A DNA stretch of 64,000 nt from assembly GCF_006345805.1 (NCBI RefSeq), contig NC_043010.1, positions 49,290,001-49,354,000 on the forward strand. Reading direction: 5' to 3'. This document shows positions 37,577-50,625 of the stretch, piece after piece. Both the position numbers and the translations under genes were made by a program. The stretch is from Octopus sinensis. Taxonomy: Eukaryota. Position 1 is the stretch's first letter. Every line of letters begins with the position of its first letter. Under the pieces are notes generated by a model that saw only the letters and a list, made by a program, of their open reading frames with translations, did no database searches and was not told the origin of the DNA.

Positions 37577-38056
37577 CCGTAAATCCTCGAGTATAATCCG
37601 CATTTTTTCCCCAAAATTTAAAAGTCAAAATCCCTAGAACGTACTATATACGAGGTTAAAAATGAAATATATTTTCTAAGCAATGCCTGAGTCTCTATTT
37701 GCTGTCCGGTGATGTTATTCAGACGCATTTTGTGATGTCGGGTGCGAAAATACCTTAAGCTAAGCCTGAAAGCAATGAAGTCATAAAAGAATCATCCATA
37801 ACTTGCAGTAAGCAACATTTATAAACGTTATTACTGTTATTTCTTTATTTTCTGCAAACAAAATGCACAAAAAAGCTACACGTTTGCATTATGTTATACA
37901 TACAATAATAATAAAGGACGTTACCGTATACCTCCTTGACTCAAGTTAGAGAAAGGGTGCGTATTATACACAAGGTTTAGGTTTTTCAGAGGTACAGCCC
38001 CCTAAAAGTCCCCTGAGTATAATACTCAAGGGCGGACTATACGCGAGGATTTACGG
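37577..38056 (-). mobile_element. Tc1/mariner-superfamily (pogo-like) MITE
   Basis: TA|CCGTAAATCCTCGAGTATA...TATACGCGAGGATTTACGG|TA; internally inverted relative to 54080 and 62300 copies. Confidence 0.9.
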
Positions 38057-38924
38057 TATGTCACGGGAGCAAAACTAACATGGCTACAACTTGCTTATCG
38101 ACTCTGCTCTCTTGGGCTTTAACTCTTTCTCCACAACGCTCGCCTGTCGTACATATTCTCTACGTTTACTCGGCTTAATTTGCGAATGTGAATAACACTG
38201 TAACAAAATTTTTATTTCGTTGTCTTTGGTCAGTAAGAGTTATTATTCCTTATTTACTTCTATCTAGAAATCAAAGGATATCACTGCTATTTCCTTCAAA
38301 CTGCTTTCGTGACCTGGACATCAATGCTTTCAAACTGGCCTATTTTCTATTACATTTCAGACAGATTCTGCACTGAGTTGCTGAAGCAGAAATATTGTTA
38401 TAGCAAATATTCTGCTCAGCACCACAGATTTGTTTGTCAGTTGCTTGACCTTAACCATTGGACCATGTTCCTTAGTGGGTAACAAGGAAGTGGTAGTGGT
38501 GGAACATTATAGCCATGTGTTAAGAGGGATTCTTTTTGTAGGGGCAAGCAAATAGGAAATAACAGTTGCCATCCAAGGACAAATATCATGTTACACAGAG
38601 TAATCGATTTTTGCATACAGACACAAACACGCACGCGCGCAGCGGCACACACACATACACACACACACACATACATACATACATACATACCACATACATA
38701 CATACATACACACATACACACATACAGACACATATACATACATACATACACACATACATACATACAGACAGACAGACACACATACATACATACATACATA
38801 CATACATACATACATACATACATACGTACGTACATACATACATACATACATACATACATACATACATACATACATACATACATACATACATACATACATA
38901 CATACGTACGTACGTACGTACATG

Positions 38925-39135
38925 TGACCTCGTGTGTACCGTTGGCGATTTTTTTTCCTCTGTCTTCCCTTCTCTGGATCTTTCCTTCTCCTATGTTTCC
39001 GACGAAGAGCTCCCCTCGAAACGTTAAACCCTCCTTCTTCCCTACTTTCCTGAGCGTCCAATAATACTTTATTTGTTCCACGTCCTCGCGTTGCTGTGTT
39101 TTTTTGTTTTTTTTTGTTTTCTTGTTTGGATTAAC
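38925..39135 (+). mobile_element. Short HHR-like element between (TACA)n and (TA)n
   Basis: GUUU-CCGACGA-A-GAG(CUCCC)CUC-GAA-ACGU-U/AAAC at 38995-39029 (U4 changed to C). Confidence 0.65.
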
Positions 39136-39194
<59 letters not shown>

Positions 39195-39242
39195 ATATGT
39201 ACTCCCACACGCACACGTCCACAGTCGATTGGTATTTACATA

Positions 39243-39483
39243 AAGGCGGCGAGCTGGCAGAAACGTTAGCACGCCGGACGAAATGCGTAGCCGTATTTCG
39301 TCTGCCGTTACGTTCTGAGTTCAAATTCCGCCGAGGTCGACTTTGCCTTTCATCCTTTCGGGGTCGATAAATTAATTACCAGTTACGCACTGGAGTCGAT
39401 GTAATCGACTTAATCCGTTTGTCTGTCCTTGTTTGTCCTCTCTGTGTTTAGCCCCTTGTGGGTAATAAAGAAATAGGTATTTA
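39243..39483 (+). mobile_element. SINE family B, full length
   Basis: AAGGCGGCGAGCTGGCAGAAACGTTAGC head, GAGTTCAAATTCC B box, AAAGAAATAGGTAT tail. Confidence 0.9.
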
Positions 39484-40523
39484 CATGGACAACTTTGGAA
39501 AATGTAACTCAGTGGAATGAAATTAAACATTACCAAACATTTGTATCTGTTCATCTCCGTTTGTGACAGTTCCTCCTCCTCCTCCTCCTCCTCCTCCTCC
39601 TTACCATTGATTTCTTTACTAAAAACAATGGATATATATTTAGGTAAGCTTACTGAAGTCATACGGGTTTAAAATATCCAGGCCTTAATATGTTATGACG
39701 TAACATTTTAAAATAAAGGCGTGCGTATACATTTATATATATATATATATTTATATGATGCATACATTACACACACACAGGAGACCAACAGAATAAGTTA
39801 AATACTAGGGTTAAAAAATAAGATTAATCTAAACCTTCCGAAACAGTGTCTCAATATGGCCGCCGTCCAATGACGGAACGAGTAAAAGATGAAAGATAAC
39901 AACTGAGTCAGCAGACATTGAATGCCAATGTTGCTATCTGCTTCTTGTATCGGTCCCTTTCTGTGGTGACGTTTGGTTGTTTATGGCTTCGAAAATGGGC
40001 GTACATATAATTTAGTGTCAAACAAACAGTGATACCGCTAACTCTAGGTTTTCAATTCACTGAACGTCACAATAAATTGACGTTTTCGTCGTAATGTTTT
40101 GAGTTCTATATTAAACTATGTTTTTCAGTTCCGTATCAACCAACATATAAATAGTCACGTGAATGCTATAGTGTCAGCAGAATTTTGAAGCAATCAGACG
40201 ACAGTGTGTCACAAACAAAAATATGTAAAAGGATATTTTCTTTCTCTCTTCGTTTGCTCGTAACACAGATTCAAGCACAAAAGCTCTTAACTTGAAAAGT
40301 GTGGAGGGAGAGAGAGAAAAAAAAAAGTGACACATTTGCATTACATGAATAAGGTTTCTTTGTTTTCGCGTTTTGCATGGTTGCAAGTTTTCGACGAAGT
40401 CTGAGTGCTTTCAAGATTAAAATGATTTCTGAATTCTCTTTTAGTGTTCCTGGTTACTGTAGCAATACAGAAACAAACACAAACAAACAAACAAACGATA
40501 ATAATAATAATAATAATAATAAT

Positions 40524-40578
<55 letters not shown>

Positions 40579-41796
40579 GGGAAAGGAAAAAAGAAGCAAT
40601 TATATGAAACTGAATTAAAGAGAACGAGTGTAGCTGTTTGAATCAGCCTGTTTGGGAAGAATAGACGCTATGAAAGGAGATCTGATGAAGGGAAGCTACT
40701 ACAAATATGCTTGTCTGGTTAGAATGAAATAATCTAAGTATATTTCTCCAGTCGTTTATGTTCTAGAAGCACACAGTGTTATCAATAGAACGATACTGTG
40801 CATTGATTTCTATTAATCGAGTATAGCATGATTTATTGATTGGATGATCGATAAAGTCATATACAATGATGTGCAACGCACATTTCTCTCTCTCTCTCTT
40901 TTTTCTTTTTTTTTTTTTTTTTTTTTTTGGTATTTCGAGTTTCAAATCAGGTCGAAACAGTATAATGAACAAGACTGAGAATATCAATTTAAGGTTTTTA
41001 ATTCATTTTATTTTATTTTATTTTATTTTTCGTTGAGCTTTCAGATTGATCAAATGGAAATGATTGTATAAACAGAAACGAGAGAAAGAGAGAAAGAAAG
41101 AGAGAGTGAGTTAAAGATAGACAGACAGACACATAGTGTGAGGATCTAAAGCTGGAATTCAATTTACGAAAATACATTAAAAAAATGATAATAAAATATT
41201 CAAAAATAATTTGAAAAATTTAAAATTTAAAATTTAAATATAAAAACCGAATTTAATTTTTTTTTTAAAGAAACTGCATTAAGAATATAGTTTGAATTTT
41301 TATTTCATTTTTTTTTCTTTTTTATGGATTCGAGTGTCATCCCGATCTTAAAACCATTTTATTTTAATGAATTTGAAACAGGCGGTGAGCTCGCAAAATC
41401 ATTAGCATGCCTGACAAAACTGCTTGGCTCTTTACGTTCTGAGTTCAAGTCCCGCCGATATATTCTTTCTAGGTTGATAAAAAAAAAATCACCTTTAATA
41501 CAAAGCCTGAAATTTTTCGAGGTGGAGCTAGGAAATTACATTGATGCCAGGGCTTAACTGGTGATTTATTAAATTTGAAATATCGAACGATATTAACTGG
41601 TGGGGTGGGGGGTGGAGAAAAAGAAAGAAAATTTTAATCAAATTTCCAGCCCTGATACGTGGAGTGAAGCAACATTTAACTAATTTTAGCTTCGGAAACC
41701 TAACTGGCTTGTGGAACACATTGGAAACACAAGATTAAAGAAAAAGGTTGGCACTTCATTGTGGATTTGGTTGCGATCAAATAAAGTAAGATAACT

Positions 41797-41842
<46 letters not shown>

Positions 41843-42294
41843 CTTTCTCTCCCTCTCTTCCTCCCTCTCAATCCATAGTATTTTTACTAACGTCAGAATG
41901 GAAGAGTAGACCGCAAAAAAGGGAAGTAATTCATTGAAAGATAACCTGAAAAAGTACAGAGGATAAATCTTTTGACCAACGGACAGCAGGAACAAAAATA
42001 TACCGCTGCTCATGATGATGTCATTTAACGTATTTTTTCTTTGAAGATGTATAATTTTTCTTCAACGCACCTACCTACCCATCTACATACATACATACAT
42101 TATAAGCTGTGTATTTTCATCATAATTTCAATTGTGTAATAAAATCCACAGCAGTTTATCTATAAAGGATTAGTTTTTTCGATATATCGATCTAAGTTTT
42201 ATATTACAGATGAAAAGCGAAAAGAAAAATAAAATGCTTTATGGAACTCACTTACAACCCTTTGGAAAACAGATTTTCAGGGAGCATACACACA

Positions 42295-42349
<55 letters not shown>

Positions 42350-42914
42350 CACACCACACACACATTCAAACACTCAACAAAGACGTCTTACTACTTCATT
42401 ATCCAAATGTATCTGGATTCTAAAGATAATAATACATATATTTCTGAAATCAGAGTAATTCTTTAAAGCTATTGATATATGTTCGTCCAGTCTCGTTAGC
42501 GAGCTTGTTGCTCTTGTTTTTTTGTTTGTTTTTTTGTCTCAAATTAGTGCTCATAGCATCGAATAAAATTTTACAGTGAAAATCTCTGCAGTTAATTCAT
42601 TTCTCATTTTTGAGAGTAGGTTTTAATTCTCGTCGCAAACATCGAATTGGGGCAAGACATTTTGTCACAGCTGACATTTAGCTTATATATTGGTTTCAAA
42701 TTCTGGTACAAGGCCAGAAATTTCGGGGGTGGGAAGTAAGTCAATCACATCGACCCCAAAAGGATGAAAGGCAAAGTTTGAACCCAGAACATAAAGACAG
42801 ACGAAATGCAGCTAAGCATTTTGTCCGGCGTACTATCGATTCCGCCAGCTCGCCGCCTTATTTATTTCATATATTAACACATGTGTCATAACCTATCCTG
42901 CTAACGCTAACTAA

Positions 42915-43135
42915 CTGAGCTGTGAGGAGAAATCGTCGAATCACCGTCCATGAGTTATTAGAGGATGTGTGCAGATTAATTATGGTTCAGTTCAGTCCAT
43001 TATCACTGAAGATTTGGATATGAGACGCGTATCCGCCAAGTTTGTGTCAAAATTGCTTTCAGCTGACGAAAAACACTCAGGTTTCAATTGCAAAAGATCT
43101 CCTTGAATGTGTCGAGAACGATGAAAACTTTTTGA
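42915..43135 (+). pseudogene. mariner transposase internal fragment
   Basis: AVRRNRRITVHELLEDV..INYGSVQSIITEDLDMRRVSAKFVSKLLS..KDLLECVENDENFL. Confidence 0.85.
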
Positions 43136-43410
43136 AACTTTGTATTGGAATCTAAGCATATATCGCCAAGCTTTTGGCAAAGTTTGATGCAGATTCTCAG
43201 CTCAATTTTTTTAATGTTCAATGCGCTTATCACACACTACACACGTTCCTTCCAAGCACTGCTGTATACAGCGGAAGTAAACTAGAATGTTCAAACTTAG
43301 TGCGCATGCACAGCGGAGTTCAAGGTCAATCTGCGCCAAGCGGCTTTACGCTGCGTGCTTTAGCTTCGTTACTATGGCAACAGTCCGGATACTTATTGAT
43401 CAGACCACGT
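43130..43410 (-). mobile_element. mariner 5' end (TIR, 5' UTR, first codons)
   Basis: ACGTGGTCTGATCAATAAGTATCCGGAC TIR-like end; IELRICIKLCQKLGD..KFQKVF. Confidence 0.8.
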
Positions 43411-43740
43411 CGTTCATAAACATAAAAAAATTGCCTCAAATTTTGGCACAATGCCAGCAATTTTGGCGGAATTTGTCAGCAGATTACGTCGAGCTCAGTA
43501 TATTTAACTGGTATTGTATTTTGTTGACTCCGAAAGGACGAAGTGCAAAGTTGACCTCGGCGGTATTTGAACTTAGAACATAAAAAGTTGAAAGAAATAC
43601 TTTGAGGTATATTTTCGGTCGGCTAATAATAATACTGCTAGCTCATCGCCTTTAAACACGAAATAATAACAACTGAAAAATAATAATGATAAATGGAAAA
43701 TTCATTTATGATTTAGTAATTTCTCATCGGATATATTGGG

Positions 43741-43805
<65 letters not shown>

Positions 43806-43956
43806 GTCTTCTGTCTGCCTGCCTGCCTGCCTGCTGTTCTGTCTGTCTGTCTGTCTGTCTGTCTGTATGTCTGTATGTATGTATGTATGTATGTAAGTAT
43901 TTATAAAAAAGAAGTTTGAAAACGCCACTCTATAAGATAAATTTTAATTTTCTTTG

Positions 43957-44005
43957 AGATTTTACATGTTTCGGTTCTTGAAAAAACGAACCTTATCAAA
44001 AATAT
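43957..44005 (-). ncRNA. Minimal hammerhead-like motif, U3-A8 variant
   Basis: AUUU-UUGAUAA-GGUUC(10 nt)GAACC-GAA-ACAUGU-A/AAAU. Confidence 0.6.
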
Positions 44006-44780
44006 TTTAAAAAGTTATAAATATATATATGTGTGTGTGTATATATATGTATGTATGTATATGTGTGTGTGCGCGCGCGTGTTTGTGTGTGTGTGTGTGT
44101 ATGTGTGTAACAGAGTTACTAGTGAGGGATTATCAGTCCGATTAAAATACATTATAAGCTTTCTGTTAATACATCAGGCTAACAATATTCTATATTGTAA
44201 ATCCATAGTTGAGCTCCAATTATACAGATTTTTACACAGAGGCATAAATTATGGCCATTACATATTTTTTCTTTTATTATAGTAAATTTGACTTACAGCT
44301 GTTTTCAGTAGTCATTATAGGTTCATTATTGATAGGTAGCAGCTGGAAACAGCTGTAAGGCAAATTTTCTAGAAAAAAGAAAAATATCTAATGCCCATTA
44401 TTTATGGCTCGTCTTATGTATATATAAATACATAGGCATTTGAAAGATACACCTAAATATAATTTGTAGAACTTTATACATGCTGGATTTTGGTTGAGCG
44501 TTCTGTATCTAGTTCTGGAAATTATGTTTTGTAAACGACAGACTATGCTGACGATCTTGCAGATATTTGCGTGTTCATATATGTAAATATTAACAAGTGA
44601 GACCAATGGTACATAGGTAATCGTTTTTTTTATTTCGTATATTTTCATTTGTCTTGCTTATTTTTACATTTTGTTTTTTTGCTGAGATTTTTCTTGAGAA
44701 CACATTCTTTGTGATAGTAGCGATTTGACGTCTATGTTTAGCATATAGGCTGTCCACTTTAGTGGTCAGTCCTCTAAATT

Positions 44781-44822
<42 letters not shown>

Positions 44823-44827
44823 ATAAC

Positions 44828-45346
44828 TATTGGTGAATTGAAGAAATGGAGCTGAACGCAGATTGAACAGAAATCGTTTTATTCATTCTACACGTGTTTC
44901 GAAAGGCACAAATTACCAAAATCCGATTGAATAATGGACCATATTGTGTCTTTCTCTTCAGGAAGAAAAATTCGCCATGGGCTCTTAGGAGCATAGTTCG
45001 ATTTGTTTTTGCTCCGCCTCTGTTCTGTTTTGTTTTTCCAACGGATTTCCTTTTTTCTCCTGAAGAGAAAGACACAATATGGTCCCATTATTAATCGGAT
45101 TTTGGTAATTTGTGCCTTTCGAAACACGTGTAGAATGAAATAAAACGATTTCTGTCAATCTGCGTTCAGCTCCATTTCTTCATTCACCAATAATGTTTTA
45201 ATTTCAATTATCCGCACCAACGCACGGTTGCAACGCCAGATGGTTGTACCTCCAACCGTGCTGTTTACTGCTGTGATTTTTGCTACTAAGGTATCGGTTA
45301 AACTTTTGATTAATCTACTACAAGATTATTCATCTTTCTATTTCAC

Positions 45347-45349
<3 letters not shown>
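44828..45349 (+). mobile_element. Second copy of the HHR fold-back element (HHRs at 44880-44970 minus and 45053-45140 plus)
   Basis: Same family as 4229-4848 in the opposite orientation, with a shorter inverted arm; (TA)n on both sides. Confidence 0.85.
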
Positions 45350-45401
<52 letters not shown>

Positions 45402-46285
45402 ATTTATTATATATAGTGCATAATACGAATATATAATGATTAATACGAATGGATGTAGTTGTGGAGGAAAACGGTTGCTTTGTACTTAACAAGAGTTGAA
45501 AAGATTATATCAGTAAACGAATAAATATATCCGAATAGACAGGCAACTAAATCACGAACCTTCTTACCGATTAGTGGTTTTTAGAGAGATAAAAAGAAAA
45601 CGGTTCTTTAAATATCACTATTTTGTTAATCAATAATAAAAATATTAAACAAAAACATAGAAAATTTGATTGGTTGTTCTTTTGTGTTCGTTCATTAGTA
45701 CTGAGGGAATTGCCTCAGTTAAAATATTGATATAGTAACAATAATATCTGGAAGACTCTAAGAGAATCCAAATGTCTGTTAGTCTGTCATTTCTTACTTC
45801 TCTTTACTAATTAGTACAACTCACCATTTAGAAATTATCGGCTGTTCCTTTGACACGTAATTAGATTTCTAGATCGGTGATGATTAAACAAAACTCTCGG
45901 CTGCTTCTTACCAAAAAAGGACATCTTTAGATGTTTTTATCTCCACTCATATTGGCTGATTTGTAGACGTAGGAGAGAAAAAATAAGACTTTCATGCTGA
46001 TTAACTAACATAAAATATTAAAAATGAAAACTAAAAAAGGATACGTAAATAAAAATTAGAATTACAAACAAAACAATGTAGGTGTAGAATTTTAAATAAT
46101 GTTTGGAATTTACTTCGATTTCTGTATTTTGTAGACACACACATCTATATTCATTCATTCATTCATACATACATACATACATACATACATACATACATAC
46201 ATACATACATACATACATACATACATACATACATACATACATACATAAATACATGCATACATAAATACATACATACATACGTATA

Positions 46286-46525
46286 TGATGGCTGTCCTCT
46301 CGTTATCGAGTATGGCCATTGCACGATCTTAACTGTTATTGGTGCTGTGATCGAATGTGACTTTTTAGCCCAGCTAAAGATCTACAATGTCTTGTACAGA
46401 ATTGGCAGCTAAAACCTTTACTGGTAATAGCCGGTTGTAGTTGTAACTGGGCTTCATGTCCCTTTGCATGTCGTTTAAGTCCTCCTGCCGAATTACACTC
46501 TCTTCCACATGCCTGGCAGACATAC
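46286..46525 (-). mobile_element. RTE-like LINE 3' end with two C2H2-type zinc fingers
   Basis: CQACGRECNSAGGLKRH...CQFCTRHCRSLAGLKSHIRSQH*, then ...GAGAGGACAGCCATCAT. Confidence 0.75.
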
Positions 46526-46616
46526 GTGCATACATACATACATACATACATACATACATACATACAAACATACATGCATACATACATACATACATACATA
46601 CATACATACATACATC

Positions 46617-46808
46617 AAAAGTCCAGGAAACTGGACATTTATGGCGAATTGATGCACAACTTAGAGCTATTGCACCCTGACTATGAATTCTCATTTGTAC
46701 TTATCATCGTAGGTGCATTAGGTTATGTACCAACAAATTTGCAGAAAAACCTAGAAACACTTGGTTTCACGGAAAAAGAGCAAAAGAAACTGACACGGAT
46801 TCTCCAAA
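46617..46808 (+). pseudogene. RLE-clade LINE C-terminal fragment
   Basis: KLDIYGELMHNLELLHPDYEFSFVLIIVGALG, homologous to the end of 11580-12820. Confidence 0.8.
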
Positions 46809-46814
46809 TCTTTT

Positions 46815-47021
46815 TTTTTTTTGTTATGTTCAATGCGCTGATCACACGCTACACACGTTCCTTCCAAGCACTGCTGTAAACACGGAAGTAAGCTAGAATG
46901 TTCAAATTTAGTACGCATGCACAGTAGAGTTCAAGGTCAATCTGTGCCAAGCGGCTTTACGCTGCGTGCTTTAGCTTCGTTACTATGGCAACAGTCCGGA
47001 TACTTACTGATCAGACCACGT
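46815..47021 (-). mobile_element. mariner 5' end, second young copy
   Basis: Close match to 43205-43410. Confidence 0.8.
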
Positions 47022-48732
47022 GGTTCATAAACATGAAAGAATCGTCTCAAATTTTGGCACAACGCCAGCAATTTTGGCAGAAGTTGTTAGCAGATTACGT
47101 CGACCTCAGTGAAGATTTGCAAGACATTCCAAAAAGTCTTCATCTGAGATACTTATGTGAATAGATGCAAATAACTGAATGTATGTATCGGCAGTTCAAC
47201 CAACACGCCAATCCAATCACATATTTACAAACACCGGGAACTCTGTTAACTCAAAATGCCGTGTCACTTTATTAGCAACCGACTTGAACACTCATAAGAA
47301 CTGAAACTAAACTCACATATATACGTAGGTGTCTAATAGGTCTTTGTCCGTAGTGAGTGAAGCTTTGGTTACATCTTAAGAATGTGTCAAGCCAACACAC
47401 AATTATAAACTTACATTCATACAAACACATACATACATACATACATACATACATACATACATACATACATACAAGCACGCACATACATAGATGCATATAT
47501 ACACAAATATAATGTACTTTGCATACTTTTATCTTATTTTTAAGTGTACAATAAAATTCTCAACCGTCATCAATTTAAGGGTTGCATTGCAACTACAAAA
47601 CGAAACAAAAAAGTTTTATAGGGATCAATTAAAAAGTTCTTTATATAAACCCATAACATTTGTATGCCTTCATACATTCAGAAAGACGTTTTACTACTTC
47701 ATTCTCCAAATATATCTGGTATCTTGTAATATCTCCCATCATATTTTTAATTGCATACAGTCATTAATGGTGTCTGTCTATCGACCAATGGATTCTCTCA
47801 CAAATGAAAAGCAAAACAAAAACGCTTTAGAGAACCCACTTGTAATCCTTAAAAAGAAAACATTTGTATACATTCTGTCTCTCATAGACGTGTTAATACT
47901 TCATTGTCTAAATATATCTGGAGCCTAAAGGATAATGATAATAATAATAATAATTATATAGTCGACTGCTCCATCACAGGTCACACATTTCCCTACATCA
48001 ACGGTCTCAGCAAGTGCAATTTTTGTCTTCCAGAGAAGTTTAACATTCTTTGATAACCATTTTCATTTTTTTTTTTAACAAAAGATTTGAATTGATAAAT
48101 TCTTGCAGAGTTTTCGATTGCTGTTTATTAAAAATTTTCAACTGCCAGAGCTAGCTCAAAATTTTATTTTCTACATTATGGATATTCAATATCCTAAAAT
48201 ATGGTCCATATTTCAAAAAAACATTCATACACTCGTCAATGTTGAGATTTATCTTGGCTATTGAAAAGACTATTGAAAAGGTTGCAAGACGCAACGAAAG
48301 TTTTAGGAAAATAAAAATAAGAAATAAGTGAAAATTTTACCGGTGTGTGTGTGTGTGTCACATTATAAGGCACAAAACGAAAATGACTCTCCCCAGACAC
48401 AACAAAATATATATGTGTGTGTGTATAACGCAAATGAAAAAACGCAAAAAAGAAATAGGCAAAGATTTGGGTATTCGAGTAACCATCCGACAATTCATTG
48501 AGTCTGAGAAGGAGGATATATATTACAAATTTCTATTCGAGAGACATTTGAAGGATATTACAAACGACAAAGGAATTAATTCCCGTTCTGTTCAACAATT
48601 TGTAATAAGCTTTCTTTCTATTTTGGTATTTCAAAATATTTATCTGCTCTTGGCACTGTTATATATCAATGGCTGGCATTAGGAATTTGAGCTGCGACTT
48701 TACGAAAATAGACTCCGTGAATGTCGGTGTGC

Positions 48733-48774
<42 letters not shown>

Positions 48775-48812
48775 AGCCACACGAATAAGTAATAGAAAAT
48801 CGATGCATACAT

Positions 48813-48853
<41 letters not shown>

Positions 48854-49026
48854 AATATACATAAATATAAACATATATTACATATACATATGTATGTATG
48901 TCATGCATACGTGTGTGTGTGTACATATATATATGTACACACACACACACACACTCAGTATACGTTATACATTTTTTATTTGTCGTTAGCGCATTCAAAA
49001 TACATTTTTTTCATTTTCGTATATAT

Positions 49027-49119
<93 letters not shown>

Positions 49120-49451
49120 TGCGTGTGTGCGTGCGTACATGAGTGTGTGTGTAATATATATATATGTAATGAGAGGATTGATTTAACTCATATAACGGGA
49201 TACTGGCATCAACTACTCGAACTTGACAGTGGTGATTGTCTTGCTTTCCTAAATCTTTAAACTTCTATTCCACCTTTGACTTCCATCGACTCGTTTTCGT
49301 CTTCATATTTCTGTCTACTCAACCATACATATACATACATACATACATGTGTGTATATATATATATGTGTGTGTAAATGTATCTATATATGTATGTATGT
49401 ATGTATGTATGTAGGTAGGTAGGTATACAATGATTAATATGTACTTAACCA

Positions 49452-49508
<57 letters not shown>

Positions 49509-49563
49509 AAATGTATGTATGTATGTATATGTATGTATGTATGTATATGTATGTATATGTATG

Positions 49564-49595
<32 letters not shown>

Positions 49596-50583
49596 TGTAT
49601 GTATGTATGTATGTATGTATGTATGTGTGTGTGTATGTGTGTGTGTGTAAATTAATGAATTAATGCATATATTTATACATTAACTATCCACATCTCTGTA
49701 TGTGTGCCAGCTTAAATGGCTTTGCATTTATTGATCTATGTTTTGACACATGTGTATATATATATATATATATACCCTGTATATATACATACATACATAT
49801 ATACATACAGATATATATATACATATATACATATACACACATGCATATATACATATATACACATACATATGCATGTGTTTACCTATCTATACATATGTAT
49901 ACGCACTGGTTACGTTCTGTAGTTCTGGAATGTCTTACATCTTTTCACAGCTGCATTAATGGCTTTTAATTACAATTTCTTAATTAGCTGTACTTTAAAA
50001 TTTTGCGGAGCGTAGCTTCTGAAGATTGATGGTGAGCCAAACCAGTTACTTATGTATCCAAATGCTTCAATAATTGCAGGTATGGATCTGAAGTAATAGT
50101 CTGGTTAGAATATTTATAGATTCCTCATTAATTGGCATAGATATTTTCACTCATCTTTAATAACATGTTAATATTTAAAGAACCGATTTCCACCCAATGT
50201 GCGCAAATTTTTTTCGCGGGTTCAGAGCAGTATGTGTGGTCTACTATGCTTTCAGCTAAACGAAGTCTTGATAGGAACATTCCCTTGTATTCTTTCGTAT
50301 TACGGAAGATCATGTCAACAGGAATCCCCAACCACCGGGAGCGGACCAGTACCACACCGTAGATCATTTCGTGCCGGGCCTCTCAGAAAGAATTAATTTT
50401 TTAATTTCATTTTTATTATATTGACTATCACAGCCTGCAAAGTGGGTTTTTTTCTTTTTTGTGCATTATATATGTAACACTATATACTGAATGAGCGAAA
50501 ACAAGAAAAATCACAGCAAAAGGGGCATTTTTTCCCACAAAGATGTTAGTTTCATGATCGAAAATAAAAACAAAAAAAAAACG

Positions 50584-50625
50584 GTCTTTGACGTTTCGGA
50601 TATGCAGTCATTCATCAGAAGAAAA
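50584..50625 (-). ncRNA. Minimal hammerhead motif with damaged helix II
   Basis: UUCUU-CUGAUGA-AUGACUGCAUAUCC-GAA-ACGU-C/AAAGA. Confidence 0.55.

Noticed and set aside
40675-40750. CTGATGA...GAAA hammerhead candidate
   Set aside because: Helices I, II and III cannot all be put in register; at best a very decayed copy.
41884-41930. TACTAAC branch-point-like motif before CAG
   Set aside because: The branch point is only a few nt from the AG and the following frame is short.
33170-43135. Idea that the two mariner pieces (33170-33420 and 42915-43135) are one element split by 9.5 kb
   Set aside because: They cover roughly consecutive protein regions, but no shared termini or duplications support it; separate subfamilies are as likely.
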